Source of the DNA: a virus
Lineage: Duplodnaviria > Caudoviricetes
Reading direction: 5' to 3' (one strand)
Virus record (IMG/VR): IMGVR_UViG_3300025099_000002
Span: 1 to 60,448 of that record
DNA: 60,448 nucleotides
The first letter of the stretch is position 1. Every line of letters starts with the position of its first letter. The position numbers were made by a program, and so were the translations under genes. The notes under the pieces are model-generated. The model saw only the letters and a list, made by a program, of their open reading frames with translations. It was not told the origin of the DNA and did no database searches. This document shows, piece after piece, positions 35,539 to 46,900 of the stretch.

Positions 35539-37587
35539 ATGAGACTAGTATTAGATGTAGAGAATACAGTAACTAAACGAGGTGGTAAGAAACATCTAGA
35601 TCCCTTTGAGCCAACAAACTCTCTAGTACAGGTAGGGTTTAAGAACGTAGACATACCAACAGAGAGATATATGCTTACGTTTGATCACACTGAATATAAG
35701 GATACTAGTGGTGCTAACTATAAGTTAGTACAGCAAGCATTAGACGAGACTACACTACTCATCATGCACAATGCTCAGTACGACTTGATGTGGCTCTGGG
35801 CGAGTGGCTTCAAGTATGATGGGGCGGTGTGGGATACGATGCTGGCGGCATACATACTCATACGAGGACAAAAGTTTCCGCTGTCCTTAGAGCAATGTGC
35901 TATCAGAGCAAACTTACCTTTTCAGAAAGATGATACACTCAAGGCTTACTTTAAGAAAGGTTACAACACAGATGAGATACCTCTTGATGAGTTAACTTAT
36001 TACTTAGGGTGTGACTTAGATACTACGTGTGCCTTGTATGAACACCAACTCAAGAGTTATTCTTTAGATGAATCATTAGGCATGGTTACTGTAAGAGATC
36101 TAACATTTAAAGTTTGTCAGACGCTTACTCGTATGTATATGTCAGGCTTTAAGGTAGACAGAGCCGCATTAGTAAAAGTGCGTACTGAGTTTGAGAATGA
36201 GAAAGCAATACTAGAAGATAGGTTGCACGATCAAGTCAAGCTATTAATGGGTGACACTCCTATTAATTTAAACTCCCCAGAACAAATGTCACAAGTTATA
36301 TTTAGCCGTAAGGTAGATAATAAGAAAGAGTGGGCTGATTTATTTGAGCATACTAGGACACCTGCTGAGTACAAAGATGCCGTAGAAGCTAACAGTAAAT
36401 TAATTAGGCGTACAACTGCTTACACTTGCCCTGTATGTTTAGGTGAAGGTAAGACCTATAAAACTAAGAAAGATGGCACTCGTTTCGCTAAACCTAATAG
36501 GTGTGTGGGGTGTGATACTCGTGGCTATCAACTGAAGCAATTAAATCAGTTAGCTGGGCTAGGACTTATTGCACCCTCGAAGAAGTGGGTTAGTGCTAAT
36601 GGTTTTAGTACGAGTAAACAGAACTTAGATACACTAATAGCTACAGCTAAGAATAATAATATGGATGAAGCTATAAAGTTCTTGACTGATTTAAAAAGAC
36701 TATCTGCTGTATCGTCTTACTTATCTTCTTTCGTTGAAGGTATAGATATATTTACTAAACCAGATAACTTCTTACACGTAAGTCTTACACAACACGTAAC
36801 ATCTACAGGTAGGTTCTCAGGTCGTAATCCTAATATGCAGAATATGCCCCGTGGAAATACGTTCCCAGTTAAGAAAGTGTTTATATCTAGATGGGATGGC
36901 GGTCAGATCCTGGAGGCAGACTTCGCTCAACTAGAGTTCCGTGTAGCTGCATTTCTCTCACAAGACCCTGTAGCTATCACAGAGATCAACCAAGGGTTTG
37001 ATGTACATAGCTACACAGCTAAAGTTATTAGTGATGCAGGGCAGCCTATTTCTCGTACTACCGCAAAATCTCATACATTTGCCCCTCTTTTTGGTGCGAG
37101 TTCATATGGTAAATCAAAAGCAGAGGGTGCATACTACGATCACTTTAACGAGAAGTACCAAGGCATAGCTGCTTGGCATCAGAGTTTAGCTGAAGAGGCG
37201 TTACGCTTCGAGAAGATTACTACACCCAGCGGAAGGCAGTACGCTTTTCCTAAAGTAGTACGTAGGCAAAATGGTGGAGTGTCTAGCTTCACTATGATTA
37301 AGAATTACCCTGTGCAAGGGTTTAGTACTGGAGATATAGTACCCCTTGTATTGGTAGAACTAGAGGAGAGACTAAGTAAACTGCAGTCTTGTCTAGTTAA
37401 TACGGTGCATGACTCAACAGTAGTTGACGTACACCCTACAGAGATACCTTACGTCATATCTATAATAGATACACTTAACAAAGATCTTAATGTTATCATA
37501 GAAGAAACGTATGGTGTGACCATGAACGTTCCACTACTTTTAGAAGCTAAAATAGGAGCTAATTGGCTTGACACAAAAGACGTTTGA
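35539..37587 (+). CDS. polA: Family A DNA polymerase with inserted DnaJ-like zinc domain
   Basis: Exonuclease DVE, HNAQYD and YLGCD; TGRFSG..PNMQN; motif A DFAQLEFR, motif B RTTAKSHTF, motif C VHDS; CPVCLGEG...CVGCDTRG insertion. Confidence 0.95.
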   Translation: MRLVLDVENTVTKRGGKKHLDPFEPTNSLVQVGFKNVDIPTERYMLTFDHTEYKDTSGANYKLVQQALDETTLLIMHNAQYDLMWLWASGFKYDGAVWDTMLAAYILIRGQKFPLSLEQCAIRANLPFQKDDTLKAYFKKGYNTDEIPLDELTYYLGCDLDTTCALYEHQLKSYSLDESLGMVTVRDLTFKVCQTLTRMYMSGFKVDRAALVKVRTEFENEKAILEDRLHDQVKLLMGDTPINLNSPEQMSQVIFSRKVDNKKEWADLFEHTRTPAEYKDAVEANSKLIRRTTAYTCPVCLGEGKTYKTKKDGTRFAKPNRCVGCDTRGYQLKQLNQLAGLGLIAPSKKWVSANGFSTSKQNLDTLIATAKNNNMDEAIKFLTDLKRLSAVSSYLSSFVEGIDIFTKPDNFLHVSLTQHVTSTGRFSGRNPNMQNMPRGNTFPVKKVFISRWDGGQILEADFAQLEFRVAAFLSQDPVAITEINQGFDVHSYTAKVISDAGQPISRTTAKSHTFAPLFGASSYGKSKAEGAYYDHFNEKYQGIAAWHQSLAEEALRFEKITTPSGRQYAFPKVVRRQNGGVSSFTMIKNYPVQGFSTGDIVPLVLVELEERLSKLQSCLVNTVHDSTVVDVHPTEIPYVISIIDTLNKDLNVIIEETYGVTMNVPLLLEAKIGANWLDTKDV

Positions 37588-37596
37588 TGGTATAAC
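37568..37596 (+). promoter_or_regulatory. Sigma70-type promoter for the ssb-nuclease-nrdJ block
   Basis: TTGACA-N17-TATAAC with an extended -10 TG. Confidence 0.7.
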
Positions 37597-37629
37597 TTAA
37601 CTTCATTTTTTGACAACAAAGGATACAAA

Positions 37630-38523
37630 ATGTCAGATATAGCATTAGTACCTCAAGAGGGTACATCAATTAAGGAAATGATGGGTATACCCGTCTACAC
37701 AAATACAGTTTCTCAGTCTTCTTTAGCTCAACTTAGTCTTTTAAATAAGTCTATTATGGGTGAAGTAGAAGTGAATGGTAAGAAAGTTAAAACTGAAATA
37801 GTACCGCCTACATCTTTTAAGCTTAGTTTAAGTAAAGAAGAGAATTTATATAGTGATGGTGTAGAAATACGAACTTTCTCTGTAAGAGAGAGATGGAGTA
37901 AGTGGTTAGCTGAAGACAATAACTTCTTAAAAAGTGTCACAATAAGTCCTGCTCAAGGTAGTATATTTAGTATGGATCTTAAAGATACACAGGGTGGCTT
38001 TAATGGTAACAGGCATATGGGTTACGTTGAAGACTTCTATACTCTTACGCCTGATCAACAGCAATCTATACGTAATGTGAAAAGAACTGTTCTTGTCTTA
38101 GGTGAAGTTAAACTTAATAATCCTGTCGATGAAGAAGGTGTTATTAAAGAGGATTACATAGATAAGTGGACACCTTGCGTATTTGAGTTCAAGAATATGC
38201 CTTCTTATAATAAACTTAAAAAGGTATACACTGCATTACAAAGTAAAAGTGGAGAGACAGGTACTATAGTATATTCTCAAAAACTTAATGGTGTAGAAGC
38301 TACGATGGCTAACGGTAACACTTATGCTGTTTTTGAATCTGAGGTAGGAGATAAGATAGGTCACTTAGAGGATGACTCTGATAAACTTATTATCTTTTCT
38401 GATTGGATAACTAAGCACGATAAGTATGTAAATGATGAATGGGATAGAGCTAATGTAAGTTCGTTTAGTGCTACTGATGCTGACCTAGTAGCTTCAATGG
38501 TTAATGTTGAGGAATCCAATTAA
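37630..38523 (+). CDS. Probable single-stranded DNA-binding/annealing protein
   Basis: Lies between polymerase and exonuclease, has its own promoter and an acidic C-terminus; call rests mainly on gene order. Confidence 0.5.
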   Translation: MSDIALVPQEGTSIKEMMGIPVYTNTVSQSSLAQLSLLNKSIMGEVEVNGKKVKTEIVPPTSFKLSLSKEENLYSDGVEIRTFSVRERWSKWLAEDNNFLKSVTISPAQGSIFSMDLKDTQGGFNGNRHMGYVEDFYTLTPDQQQSIRNVKRTVLVLGEVKLNNPVDEEGVIKEDYIDKWTPCVFEFKNMPSYNKLKKVYTALQSKSGETGTIVYSQKLNGVEATMANGNTYAVFESEVGDKIGHLEDDSDKLIIFSDWITKHDKYVNDEWDRANVSSFSATDADLVASMVNVEESN

Positions 38524-39386
38524 TGCATCCTACCGAGCTTAAAGTTAATCTGTTTTTACAGAACGCTCTTGAGGGTAAGACGACTATAACTGAGGAGGTG
38601 GCTGATAAGGTTGCCTCTGACGTTAGGTCAGCAATGCTTAAGCAATTCTCTGGTGGTCCAAGAGATGATTTTCGTTTACGTATGAGTAACATAGGTAAGC
38701 CTACGTGTCAGTTGTGGCATCAAAAGAATAAAGCTGAAAGTAAAGCACCCTACGAACCTCACTTTTTAATTAACATGATTATAGGTGACATCGTTGAGGC
38801 AGTGTTTAAAGGGTTACTTACATCTGCAGGGATTGTGTTTGACGACAACGATACAGTATCTTTAGATTTAGGGGAGTTAGGTCATATAAAAGGTGAGTAT
38901 GATATGATACTAGATGGTGCTGTTGATGATGTTAAGTCAGCTAGTAACTACTCATTTAACACACGCTTTTCTTCTTTTGAGAAACTAATAGAGAAAGATA
39001 CTTTTGGTTATATACCACAGTTAGTAGGGTATGGTGTAGCCGCTGATAAAAATATAGGAGGTTTCTGGGTAATTAATAAAGAGAACGGTTCTTTTAAATA
39101 CGTTAACATTAATGCAGTAGATAAAGAATCCGTACTAGAAAAAATAAAAGAAACGGTGTCGTATATACAAGAGGATAAACCTTTTGAACGCTGTTTCGAA
39201 CCTGTACCTGAGTATCACAACAGACAACCTTCAGGCAATATGAAATTAGGTGAGACGTGTAGATGGTGCAACTTTAAGAGTGTTTGTTGGGAGAACCTAC
39301 AGACCTTACCTTCCAGGGTATCAAAAGCAAGAGTGTTACCTATGGTAGATTACGTATTAATAAATGACAATAAGGAAGCAGTTTAA
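38523..39386 (+). CDS. PD-(D/E)XK / Cas4-like exonuclease
   Basis: LRMSNIGKPTCQLW, GEYD...DDVKS, QLVGY, C-terminal C..C....C. Confidence 0.8.
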   Translation: MHPTELKVNLFLQNALEGKTTITEEVADKVASDVRSAMLKQFSGGPRDDFRLRMSNIGKPTCQLWHQKNKAESKAPYEPHFLINMIIGDIVEAVFKGLLTSAGIVFDDNDTVSLDLGELGHIKGEYDMILDGAVDDVKSASNYSFNTRFSSFEKLIEKDTFGYIPQLVGYGVAADKNIGGFWVINKENGSFKYVNINAVDKESVLEKIKETVSYIQEDKPFERCFEPVPEYHNRQPSGNMKLGETCRWCNFKSVCWENLQTLPSRVSKARVLPMVDYVLINDNKEAV

Positions 39387-39601
39387 TGAACAGGACGTTT
39401 ACAATAGACGATAAATCTTACGCAGAAGAAGATATGAATGAAGATCAAAAACGATTATTTAACACCATATTAAACATACAAAATGAAATAGGGTCAGTTA
39501 AATTAAAGTTTGATAGCTACGACACTTACGCTAAAGTCCTTAGCCAACAATTAGCACATTCTTTAACTTCAGAGAGTGCTGATAAGCCAAGTGAAACGTA
39601 G
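39386..39601 (+). CDS. Small coiled-coil protein
   Basis: TFTIDDKSY..EDMNEDQK; AAGGA RBS. Confidence 0.55.
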   Translation: MNRTFTIDDKSYAEEDMNEDQKRLFNTILNIQNEIGSVKLKFDSYDTYAKVLSQQLAHSLTSESADKPSET

Positions 39602-40037
39602 ATACAATCCTAAATGGAATACCTATCGTAGTGGCTTAGAAGACAGATTAGTAGAGAGTCTATCTAAAATACAAAAAGAAGTCAGGTATGAGCAGTTAAA
39701 GATAGAGTGGGAAGACTTACGCTATCGTACTTACACGCCTGACTTTTTATTAGACAACGGTATTATAGTTGAAGCTAAAGGTATGTTTGACTCTGAAGAT
39801 AGGCATAAACACAAGTGTGTTAGAAAACAACATCCTGAATTAGATATACGTTTTGTGTTTAGTAACGCTAAAGCTAAGTTGTATAAGGGTGCTAAGAGTA
39901 CTTATTCAGATTGGTGTGATAAGAATAAATTTAAGTGGTCACACAGAATAATACCTGAAGTTTGGTTAAAAGAAAAAGGCAGACGTACAACGAAGAAGGT
40001 AGTTAAGCTTAAACAAAAAAGAAGGAAAGCAATATGA
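39576..40037 (+). CDS. T7 gp3-like endonuclease I (Holliday junction resolvase)
   Basis: YRSGLE...YTPDF.L.NGIIVEAKG...QHPELDIRFVF. Confidence 0.9.
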   Translation: MLISQVKRRYNPKWNTYRSGLEDRLVESLSKIQKEVRYEQLKIEWEDLRYRTYTPDFLLDNGIIVEAKGMFDSEDRHKHKCVRKQHPELDIRFVFSNAKAKLYKGAKSTYSDWCDKNKFKWSHRIIPEVWLKEKGRRTTKKVVKLKQKRRKAI

Positions 40038-40339
40038 CAGATGGTATAAAGAGTGACCATACTTATTTGTTAGCTTTTATTGCATCTGATCACGATACGT
40101 TTGAGGAGTGGGATGATCAATTTGAAATGAACGCAGTAATAAGTCCTAACAACAGAGACACCAAAGAAACAAAGAGTTACTTCTTAACACTTATACGACT
40201 ACTACAGCATTGTACGTTTCTGTTGAATGAAGATGATACCTTCCGTGAATTTGTACAAAACGATCTTATAGATTTAGAACAAAAAGAAAGAGGCAGTAAC
40301 GTGATTAGTTTATTCAGTCCTACGAAGGGGTCAGCATAA
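40034..40339 (+). CDS. Hypothetical protein
   Basis: 101 aa; C-terminal NVISLF...TKGSA. Confidence 0.55.
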   Translation: MTDGIKSDHTYLLAFIASDHDTFEEWDDQFEMNAVISPNNRDTKETKSYFLTLIRLLQHCTFLLNEDDTFREFVQNDLIDLEQKERGSNVISLFSPTKGSA

Positions 40340-40645
40340 ATGGCTAAATGGTCAACAGAAGAATGGAAACCAGCAAAAGATAAGCATGGTTATTACACAG
40401 AAACAGTTGAAAAAGATATTGATGTAGTCAATAAACCTATACACTATAATCAAAATGGTAGTATGGAATGTATACAAGCTATTGAAGCATTAATAACTAC
40501 TATGGATCAGAAGTATGCTTATCACGCAGGAGCTATACTTAAGTACCTGTGGCGGTTCGAGTATAAGAATGGCCTAGAAGACTTAGAAAAAGCTGAGTGG
40601 TATCTACAAAGATTAATTAAAAAGTACAAAGAGGTACACAAATGA
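40340..40645 (+). CDS. DUF3310 / T7 gp1.7-like protein (nucleotide-kinase family)
   Basis: VNKPIHY...ECIQAI...KYLWRF..KNGLEDLEKAEWYL. Confidence 0.8.
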   Translation: MAKWSTEEWKPAKDKHGYYTETVEKDIDVVNKPIHYNQNGSMECIQAIEALITTMDQKYAYHAGAILKYLWRFEYKNGLEDLEKAEWYLQRLIKKYKEVHK

Positions 40646-40953
40646 AGACCTTTAGTGTCACCTTAGTTGTAGAGGTAGACGAGCCTAACAATCTTTTAAG
40701 TGCTACAGAAGATTTACACACAGAAGATATCTACGATATGTTTCATAACATGATTCACGATATTGATGACGTAAAATTATCTAATGTATTAGTTAGGCAT
40801 AGAAAATGAATTGTTGGCACTGCAAAACCCAGCTTATATGGGGTGGAGATCACGACATAGATCATGAAGACGATACGTGGTCTATGGTAACTAACCTAAG
40901 TTGTCCTGAGTGTAACTGCCACGTAGACGTATATTATCCGAAAGAAGGTACTA

Positions 40954-41430
40954 ATGACTGAATACGAAATAAGAATAACCCCTGAAGAACAAATGCTTAA
41001 AGAGTTTATACAGACGTTTAAGGGTTCTTTAGATCTACGTCTGTGGATGAACCTAATAGAAGAAGAACTAGTAGAGTTACGTGCAGAAGACTACGGTACA
41101 GCAGGACACCTAAAAGAACTGTGTGACGTTATGTATGTATACAATGGTATGATGTTAACTACACCTAAGTTTGCAGGTGATCTTATATCTGAAGAAGAGT
41201 TAGCTGAAATAAATGAAGGCATAGATAAAGCTAGAGAAAGTATTACTATGTACTTTAATTTGTATACTGCTGAAGTAGTAGGTGAAGCTTTTACTAGAGT
41301 ACACAAAAGTAATATGAGTAAGTTAGGGCGTGATGGTAAGCCTATCTTTAGAGAAGATGGTAAGGTTCTTAAAGGACCAGACTACAAAGAACCAGACCTA
41401 TCCGATTTAATTATAACAAAGAAAGACTGA
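40954..41430 (+). CDS. MazG-like NTP pyrophosphohydrolase
   Basis: LIEEELVEL...KELCDVMYV...VHKSNMSKLG.DGKPIFREDGKVLKG. Confidence 0.8.
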   Translation: MTEYEIRITPEEQMLKEFIQTFKGSLDLRLWMNLIEEELVELRAEDYGTAGHLKELCDVMYVYNGMMLTTPKFAGDLISEEELAEINEGIDKARESITMYFNLYTAEVVGEAFTRVHKSNMSKLGRDGKPIFREDGKVLKGPDYKEPDLSDLIITKKD

Positions 41431-41432
41431 TT

Positions 41433-43334
41433 ATGAACAATTACTTACCTACAGACTACCAAGCCTTTATTCATACGTCACGTTATGCTCGTTGGTTAGA
41501 GACAGAGAACAGAAGAGAGACGTGGGCTGAAACAGTAGATCGTTATATGACTAACATTATTAAGCCATACATAATGGATGATAGTACATACAACATGATA
41601 CAAGAATCTATACTAGACCTTAGTGTTATGCCTAGTATGAGATCTATGATGACTGCAGGACCTGCTGCAGCTAGAGACAATACTTGTATGTACAACTGTA
41701 GTTATTTACCCGTAGACACTGTACAATCCTTCGATGAGGCTATGTACATCCTCTTGTGTGGCACTGGTGTCGGATTCAGTGTCGAGAGGCAGTTCGTTCA
41801 ACGGCTTCCTGATGTTCCTGACCTCGTTGACAGTGACACTACTATTGTCGTCAAGGACAGTAAGGAGGGGTGGGCTAAGGCTCTTCGTCAAGTTATTGTA
41901 CTCCTATACGCTGGTGAAATACCTAAGTGGGATGTGTCTGCAGTTAGACCTGCTGGTGCTAGGCTGAAGACGTTTGGTGGTAGAGCATCTGGACCAGCTC
42001 CACTGATAGATTTGTTTAACTTTACTGTATCTATATTTAAAGGAGCGCAAGGTAGAAGGTTAGCCTCCATAGAGTGCCACGATCTAATGTGTAAAATAGG
42101 GGAGGTTGTCGTTGTAGGTGGTGTACGTAGGTCAGCTATGATATCTTTGTCTAACTTATCTGATGATAGAATGAGACACGCTAAGTCAGGTATGTGGTGG
42201 GAGAGTAGTCCACACAGAGCATTAGCTAATAACTCAGTTTGTTATACTGATAAACCTGATATGGAAACATTCATGCGTGAGTGGGTAGCTTTAGTTGAAA
42301 GTAAATCAGGTGAGCGTGGTGTGTTTAACAGACAGGCGTGTAAAGACTTAGCTATAAGGAGTGGTAGGCGTGATCCTAACTTTGAGTTTGGCACAAATCC
42401 CTGCAGTGAGATCAGCTTAAGGCCACAGGAATTTTGTAACCTTAGTGAGGTAGTAGTGCGTTCTACAGATGATGTACACACTATTATGCAGAAGGTTAGA
42501 GTCGCTACTATTATAGGTACGATACAATCTAACTACACTAAGTTTCCTTACCTTCGTAAGGCTTGGCAGAATAACTGTGAAGAAGAAAGACTATTAGGTG
42601 TTAGTCTTACAGGTATAATGGATAATCCTTTAATGACATTAGCTAATAAAGGTTTAAATAAAACCCTGGAGTCACTTAAAAACATAGCTATTGAAACTAA
42701 CAAAGAATGGGCTGGTCTTCTAGGTATACCACAGAGTACAGCTATTACTTGTTGTAAACCATCAGGCACAGTATCTCAGTTAGTAGATAGTGCGTCAGGT
42801 ATTCACGCTAGGCATTCACTGTATTATGTACGTACAGTTCGTGGAGATAACAAAGATCCACTAACTAAGTTCATGATAGAGCAAGGTATACCAGCAGAAC
42901 CATGTGTCATGAAACCAGACAATACTACAGTGTTTAGCTTTCCTGTTATGTCACCTAATAAGTCTGTAACACGTAACGATATGACAGCTTTAGAGCAATT
43001 AAATTTATGGTTAATCTATCAAAGACACTGGACTGAACACAAACCTTCTGTTACTATAACAGTACGAGACGAGGAATGGCTAGACGTAGGAGCATTTGTA
43101 TACAGGAACTTCAATGAGATGAGTGGCGTATCGTTTTTACCTCACTCAGATCATACTTACCAACAAGCACCGTATCAAGAGTGTGGTAAAGAAGAATACA
43201 AAGCGTTAAAAGGTATCATGCCCAAGAAGATTGACTGGGCTAAACTATCTGAGTTTGAGGCAGAAGATACTACTAAGTCTAGCCAGACCTTCGCCTGTAC
43301 GGGTGAAGTATGTGAGATAGTGGATATAAATTAA
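41433..43334 (+). CDS. nrdJ: Class II (adenosylcobalamin-dependent) ribonucleotide reductase
   Basis: YNCS, GTGVGFS, VVVGGVRRSA, TNPCSEI, KPSGTVSQL and a C-terminal CxxxxC; no nrdB partner gene. Confidence 0.9.
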   Translation: MNNYLPTDYQAFIHTSRYARWLETENRRETWAETVDRYMTNIIKPYIMDDSTYNMIQESILDLSVMPSMRSMMTAGPAAARDNTCMYNCSYLPVDTVQSFDEAMYILLCGTGVGFSVERQFVQRLPDVPDLVDSDTTIVVKDSKEGWAKALRQVIVLLYAGEIPKWDVSAVRPAGARLKTFGGRASGPAPLIDLFNFTVSIFKGAQGRRLASIECHDLMCKIGEVVVVGGVRRSAMISLSNLSDDRMRHAKSGMWWESSPHRALANNSVCYTDKPDMETFMREWVALVESKSGERGVFNRQACKDLAIRSGRRDPNFEFGTNPCSEISLRPQEFCNLSEVVVRSTDDVHTIMQKVRVATIIGTIQSNYTKFPYLRKAWQNNCEEERLLGVSLTGIMDNPLMTLANKGLNKTLESLKNIAIETNKEWAGLLGIPQSTAITCCKPSGTVSQLVDSASGIHARHSLYYVRTVRGDNKDPLTKFMIEQGIPAEPCVMKPDNTTVFSFPVMSPNKSVTRNDMTALEQLNLWLIYQRHWTEHKPSVTITVRDEEWLDVGAFVYRNFNEMSGVSFLPHSDHTYQQAPYQECGKEEYKALKGIMPKKIDWAKLSEFEAEDTTKSSQTFACTGEVCEIVDIN

Positions 43335-43744
43335 TGAAACAATTGGAGTTGTTTGATTTACCAGATAAAAAATCTATATCTAAAACTACTAGAGAATGCA
43401 ATAATTGTGGTGTAGTATTACCTTTAGAAGAATTTCCAATAGCCATGAAAAGTGAAAACAAAACTTGGTACAAAAAACACTGCAATGAATGTAAAAAGAA
43501 ATTTGTACGGGATTCTGCTTCAATTAAAAAACAAAATCTTAGTTCCTATCCTAGTGATAACGTTTGTCAATTGTGCAATAAAGAATCTGTCTACACTCTT
43601 AATTGTGATCATTGTCACAATACAAATATATTTAGAGGTTGGTTATGTAGGGATTGCAATCTTGGGTTGGGTCTTTTAGGAGACGACAAAGAGGGTGTAA
43701 AGAATGCTTTACATTATTTAGAAAGAAATAAACATGAATATTGA
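43334..43744 (+). CDS. Endonuclease VII/HNH-family endonuclease (possible homing endonuclease)
   Basis: CQLC...DHCH.T..FRGWLCRDCN.GLG with extra N-terminal CxxC pairs. Confidence 0.8.
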   Translation: MKQLELFDLPDKKSISKTTRECNNCGVVLPLEEFPIAMKSENKTWYKKHCNECKKKFVRDSASIKKQNLSSYPSDNVCQLCNKESVYTLNCDHCHNTNIFRGWLCRDCNLGLGLLGDDKEGVKNALHYLERNKHEY

Positions 43745-43937
43745 GCAAGAAGCAAAAACATACAGGCAAGATATAGGAAAAGAGTTTGATAATAACTTAA
43801 GTAAAGCATTTAAAGAGACAGAGCAGTTTATAATAAAAAACCTACACAACTCTGATGAACGGGATAGTTCGTTGCGTAGGCTTGAGGAGGCACGTTCTTG
43901 GTGTGTACTCTGTAAAGATAGGCACGGTGTCAGGTAA
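43734..43937 (+). CDS. Hypothetical protein, last plus-strand gene
   Basis: 67 aa; its stop abuts the convergent minus-strand stop. Confidence 0.55.
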   Translation: MNIEQEAKTYRQDIGKEFDNNLSKAFKETEQFIIKNLHNSDERDSSLRRLEEARSWCVLCKDRHGVR

Positions 43938-46900
43938 TTATCTACCTGCTCGTGCTTCTTTAGCTTGTGATTCTTGAAGAAATTTATTTGTCTTATATGC
44001 ACTAATAACTTTTTCTATTTGATTAGTAGTTAATTCTTCTGGTCTTTTATTTGGAAACCCAGCTATTTGCATATAAGAATCTAATTCACTTAATGGTATA
44101 CCACTTGACTTAGTTAATTTATAAAGAGCAGCAGTTTTAATATCCATATCACTGCTATCTGTTTTTTCTAAAAATTCTAATGCACTTTTTTTTGCTGCTG
44201 TAATTGTTGCATTAGTCATATTTACCCAGTCTTCTTGTTTATTTTTAGGGTCATTCCAGGAAGGACTATTATAAACTACTTTAGCTTCTTTTTCTAAAAA
44301 ATCATAAATTACTTCATTCATTCTATTGTTTACAGCAGGAAGATACGATTTTATTCCTCCCTTCCAATCAGGTCTACCTATTTTAGCAAACATCTTTTCA
44401 ATATTAGTTTGTTTATTAAGATACCTAGCACCAAACAAACGATTAAAAGGTATTCTTCCATTTTCTCTAGTTAAAGGCTTAAACTTTCTTTTAGCAAAAT
44501 CTTCTCCTCCAGCTATATCATTAATAGCTGCAAACATCTGATCTACATAACGTATACCATTTAAGAAAGATTGATTTGTTACATCAGCGTTTCTTCTATC
44601 GTATTCTACGTAATCCTCTCCTCTCAAAAGAGCTAAAGGCATATTAACCATATCAGCAGATCTTGTACCTGCTGAAGTAAATCTTCCTGCTAATTCTAAT
44701 AATGTAGATTGTAAAAATCCTTCAGGGTACTTTCTATTCTCTCCTCCAAATTCTTTATCGTCTTCAAGCATTCCTATAACGCCACCCCAAAACTGAGCTT
44801 GTGATTTACCTAACTCTCTAGTTAAGTTCTCAACACCATACTGTCTAATTATTGTGTCTTTAAATTCATCAGGTATCTCTAAACCCTGCGCTCTATAATT
44901 AAATACTCTACCCATTGTTCTGTAGAAGTTTAACGGGAACATATAAGTAAAGTCTCTTATTTGACCGTCCTTACCTCTATCTGCGTTAATAGGTAAATCT
45001 TCTTCCATGTTTCTTGCTTCATCATACATTAACGCTGTTGCTAATACCCAACCAGCAGAAGTCTTAGCCACTAAATCACCGTAGTCTTGTTGACTATTAA
45101 ATACTTTTTTACTTACTTTTTGTTTTCCACCAGTCTGACTAACTAAATCTATTCCATCTGACATAGCTTTTAATAAAAGGCTGCCTCCTGTATGATCTGC
45201 CATATGAGCTATTGTATTATTAAAGAATTGACCAAAAGGTATAAACAAACCCACCACAGGAACCTTATGAAAATCTTCTACAATATTAGCTGCTTGTTGT
45301 ACTAAATCACCTTGTGCATCACCATACTTTTTACTGAATACAGTTCTTAATGTATCTTCTACTGCTTTACTTTGCATCTCAATGTAAGATCTACCGTTTG
45401 AACCTATGCCCTCTACATTTTTCCATAAGTTATCATCTTGAAAAAACTCTGTTAGAGTAACTTTATGGTTTAGCCTTATTTGTTTATCAAATTGATATAT
45501 AAACTCTTGTGTTTTACTTAACATATCTTGGTGTTTAACGCCTGAAACTGTTTGCATTAAATTTATGTACTTATCATAAAAATTTGTTTTAGGTTTTTGG
45601 CCTAGTATTTCAGCCATAAGTTCGTCAGTTATATTAAATTCTTTTAAAAAAGCCTCATCTATGTCTAATCCTTTAATCATAGTATCTGTTTCAATACCAC
45701 CAGAAAGAAATCTAAATAATGCTTCTTTTGCTTCAGGGTTAGCTGCTAAAAAATTCATGGTAGCTTCTTGTGTGCCACCAGGATCAGCTAAGTTACGTAC
45801 TTTTTGTACTTGTAATTTAAATAACAAACCAGACTTAGTTAACATATCTTGACTCATTTCTTTACTGCCAACCCTTGCAGCTATTCCTGCACCCCCATAC
45901 AAAACTGCTCTAGTAGTATCACTTATAGTATTCATTGCTGACGCTGTTGTCCAACCTGATAAGTTTAAAGATGTAGTTCCTGGATGTGCAACCATAGATT
46001 TAATTAAGTTAGCTTGAAATCTTGACATAGTACCTGCTGCATTTCTTATAGGATGAGGTACTTTTTCTTTTATGTAATCTAAAAAAGCATTTCTTGAACC
46101 TAATTCTTCAGCGTCTACTCCTACCTCGTTCTTAATTGCATTTAAAACTTTCTCTTTAGGTGTGCGTCCTGCAGCTTTTCTGAGAGCATCTTGTGCTTGT
46201 TTTAATGTATTTAATGCAAAACCTTGTTCGGCTGCTTGTGCAGCTAATACATTCATTCCTTCATCTAAATTAGTACCCTCTAGACCTCTAATCTTAGAAG
46301 AAACAGATGATTTCCATACTTCATTAACTTCTTTTTTAATAGGATCAGGAAGAGATTTAACAGTCGTAGTTAACCAGTCTGTAAAGTGTTTGTAACCTTC
46401 TTGCCTATAGTTTTCAGGAACTACAATTCCCATTTCATCTAACTCTTTTATTAAACCGCGTACACCTGAATCTGCATCACCCATGAGAAAGCCTTTAAAT
46501 AAAACACCTGCTCTATCGTTCATTAAGTTACTGCCTTCAGCATCAAAACTTTTTATTGTGCCATCCATAACTTTTTTAGACCATCCGTCAGATCTAGTTT
46601 TCCAGTCCTTAAGACGTTCAGTTATTTGTTCAATAAATTCTGAGCCATTAACTTTTTCTATAGCTAACCTGTTTTGTTCTGCTACTGCTTTAGTTCTGTT
46701 AGCTGGTATAGAATCAATAGCGTGTAAAGTTAAAGGTAGAGAACCCCCCGATACTTTTTTAACTGGTCCAATAGGTATAGGATTTCCGTCTGCATCTAAC
46801 TTTCTTAATCCTTTACTTCTTTCTCCTCTTAGTAATTGATGAGGTAACAGTTCATACTCTACTACTTTATCACCTCTTTTAGCGGCTCTTTTCTGTGCGT

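Noticed and set aside
38523-39386. Cas4 as part of a CRISPR system
   Set aside because: It is a stand-alone PD-(D/E)XK exonuclease in the replication block, with no array and no cas1 or cas2.
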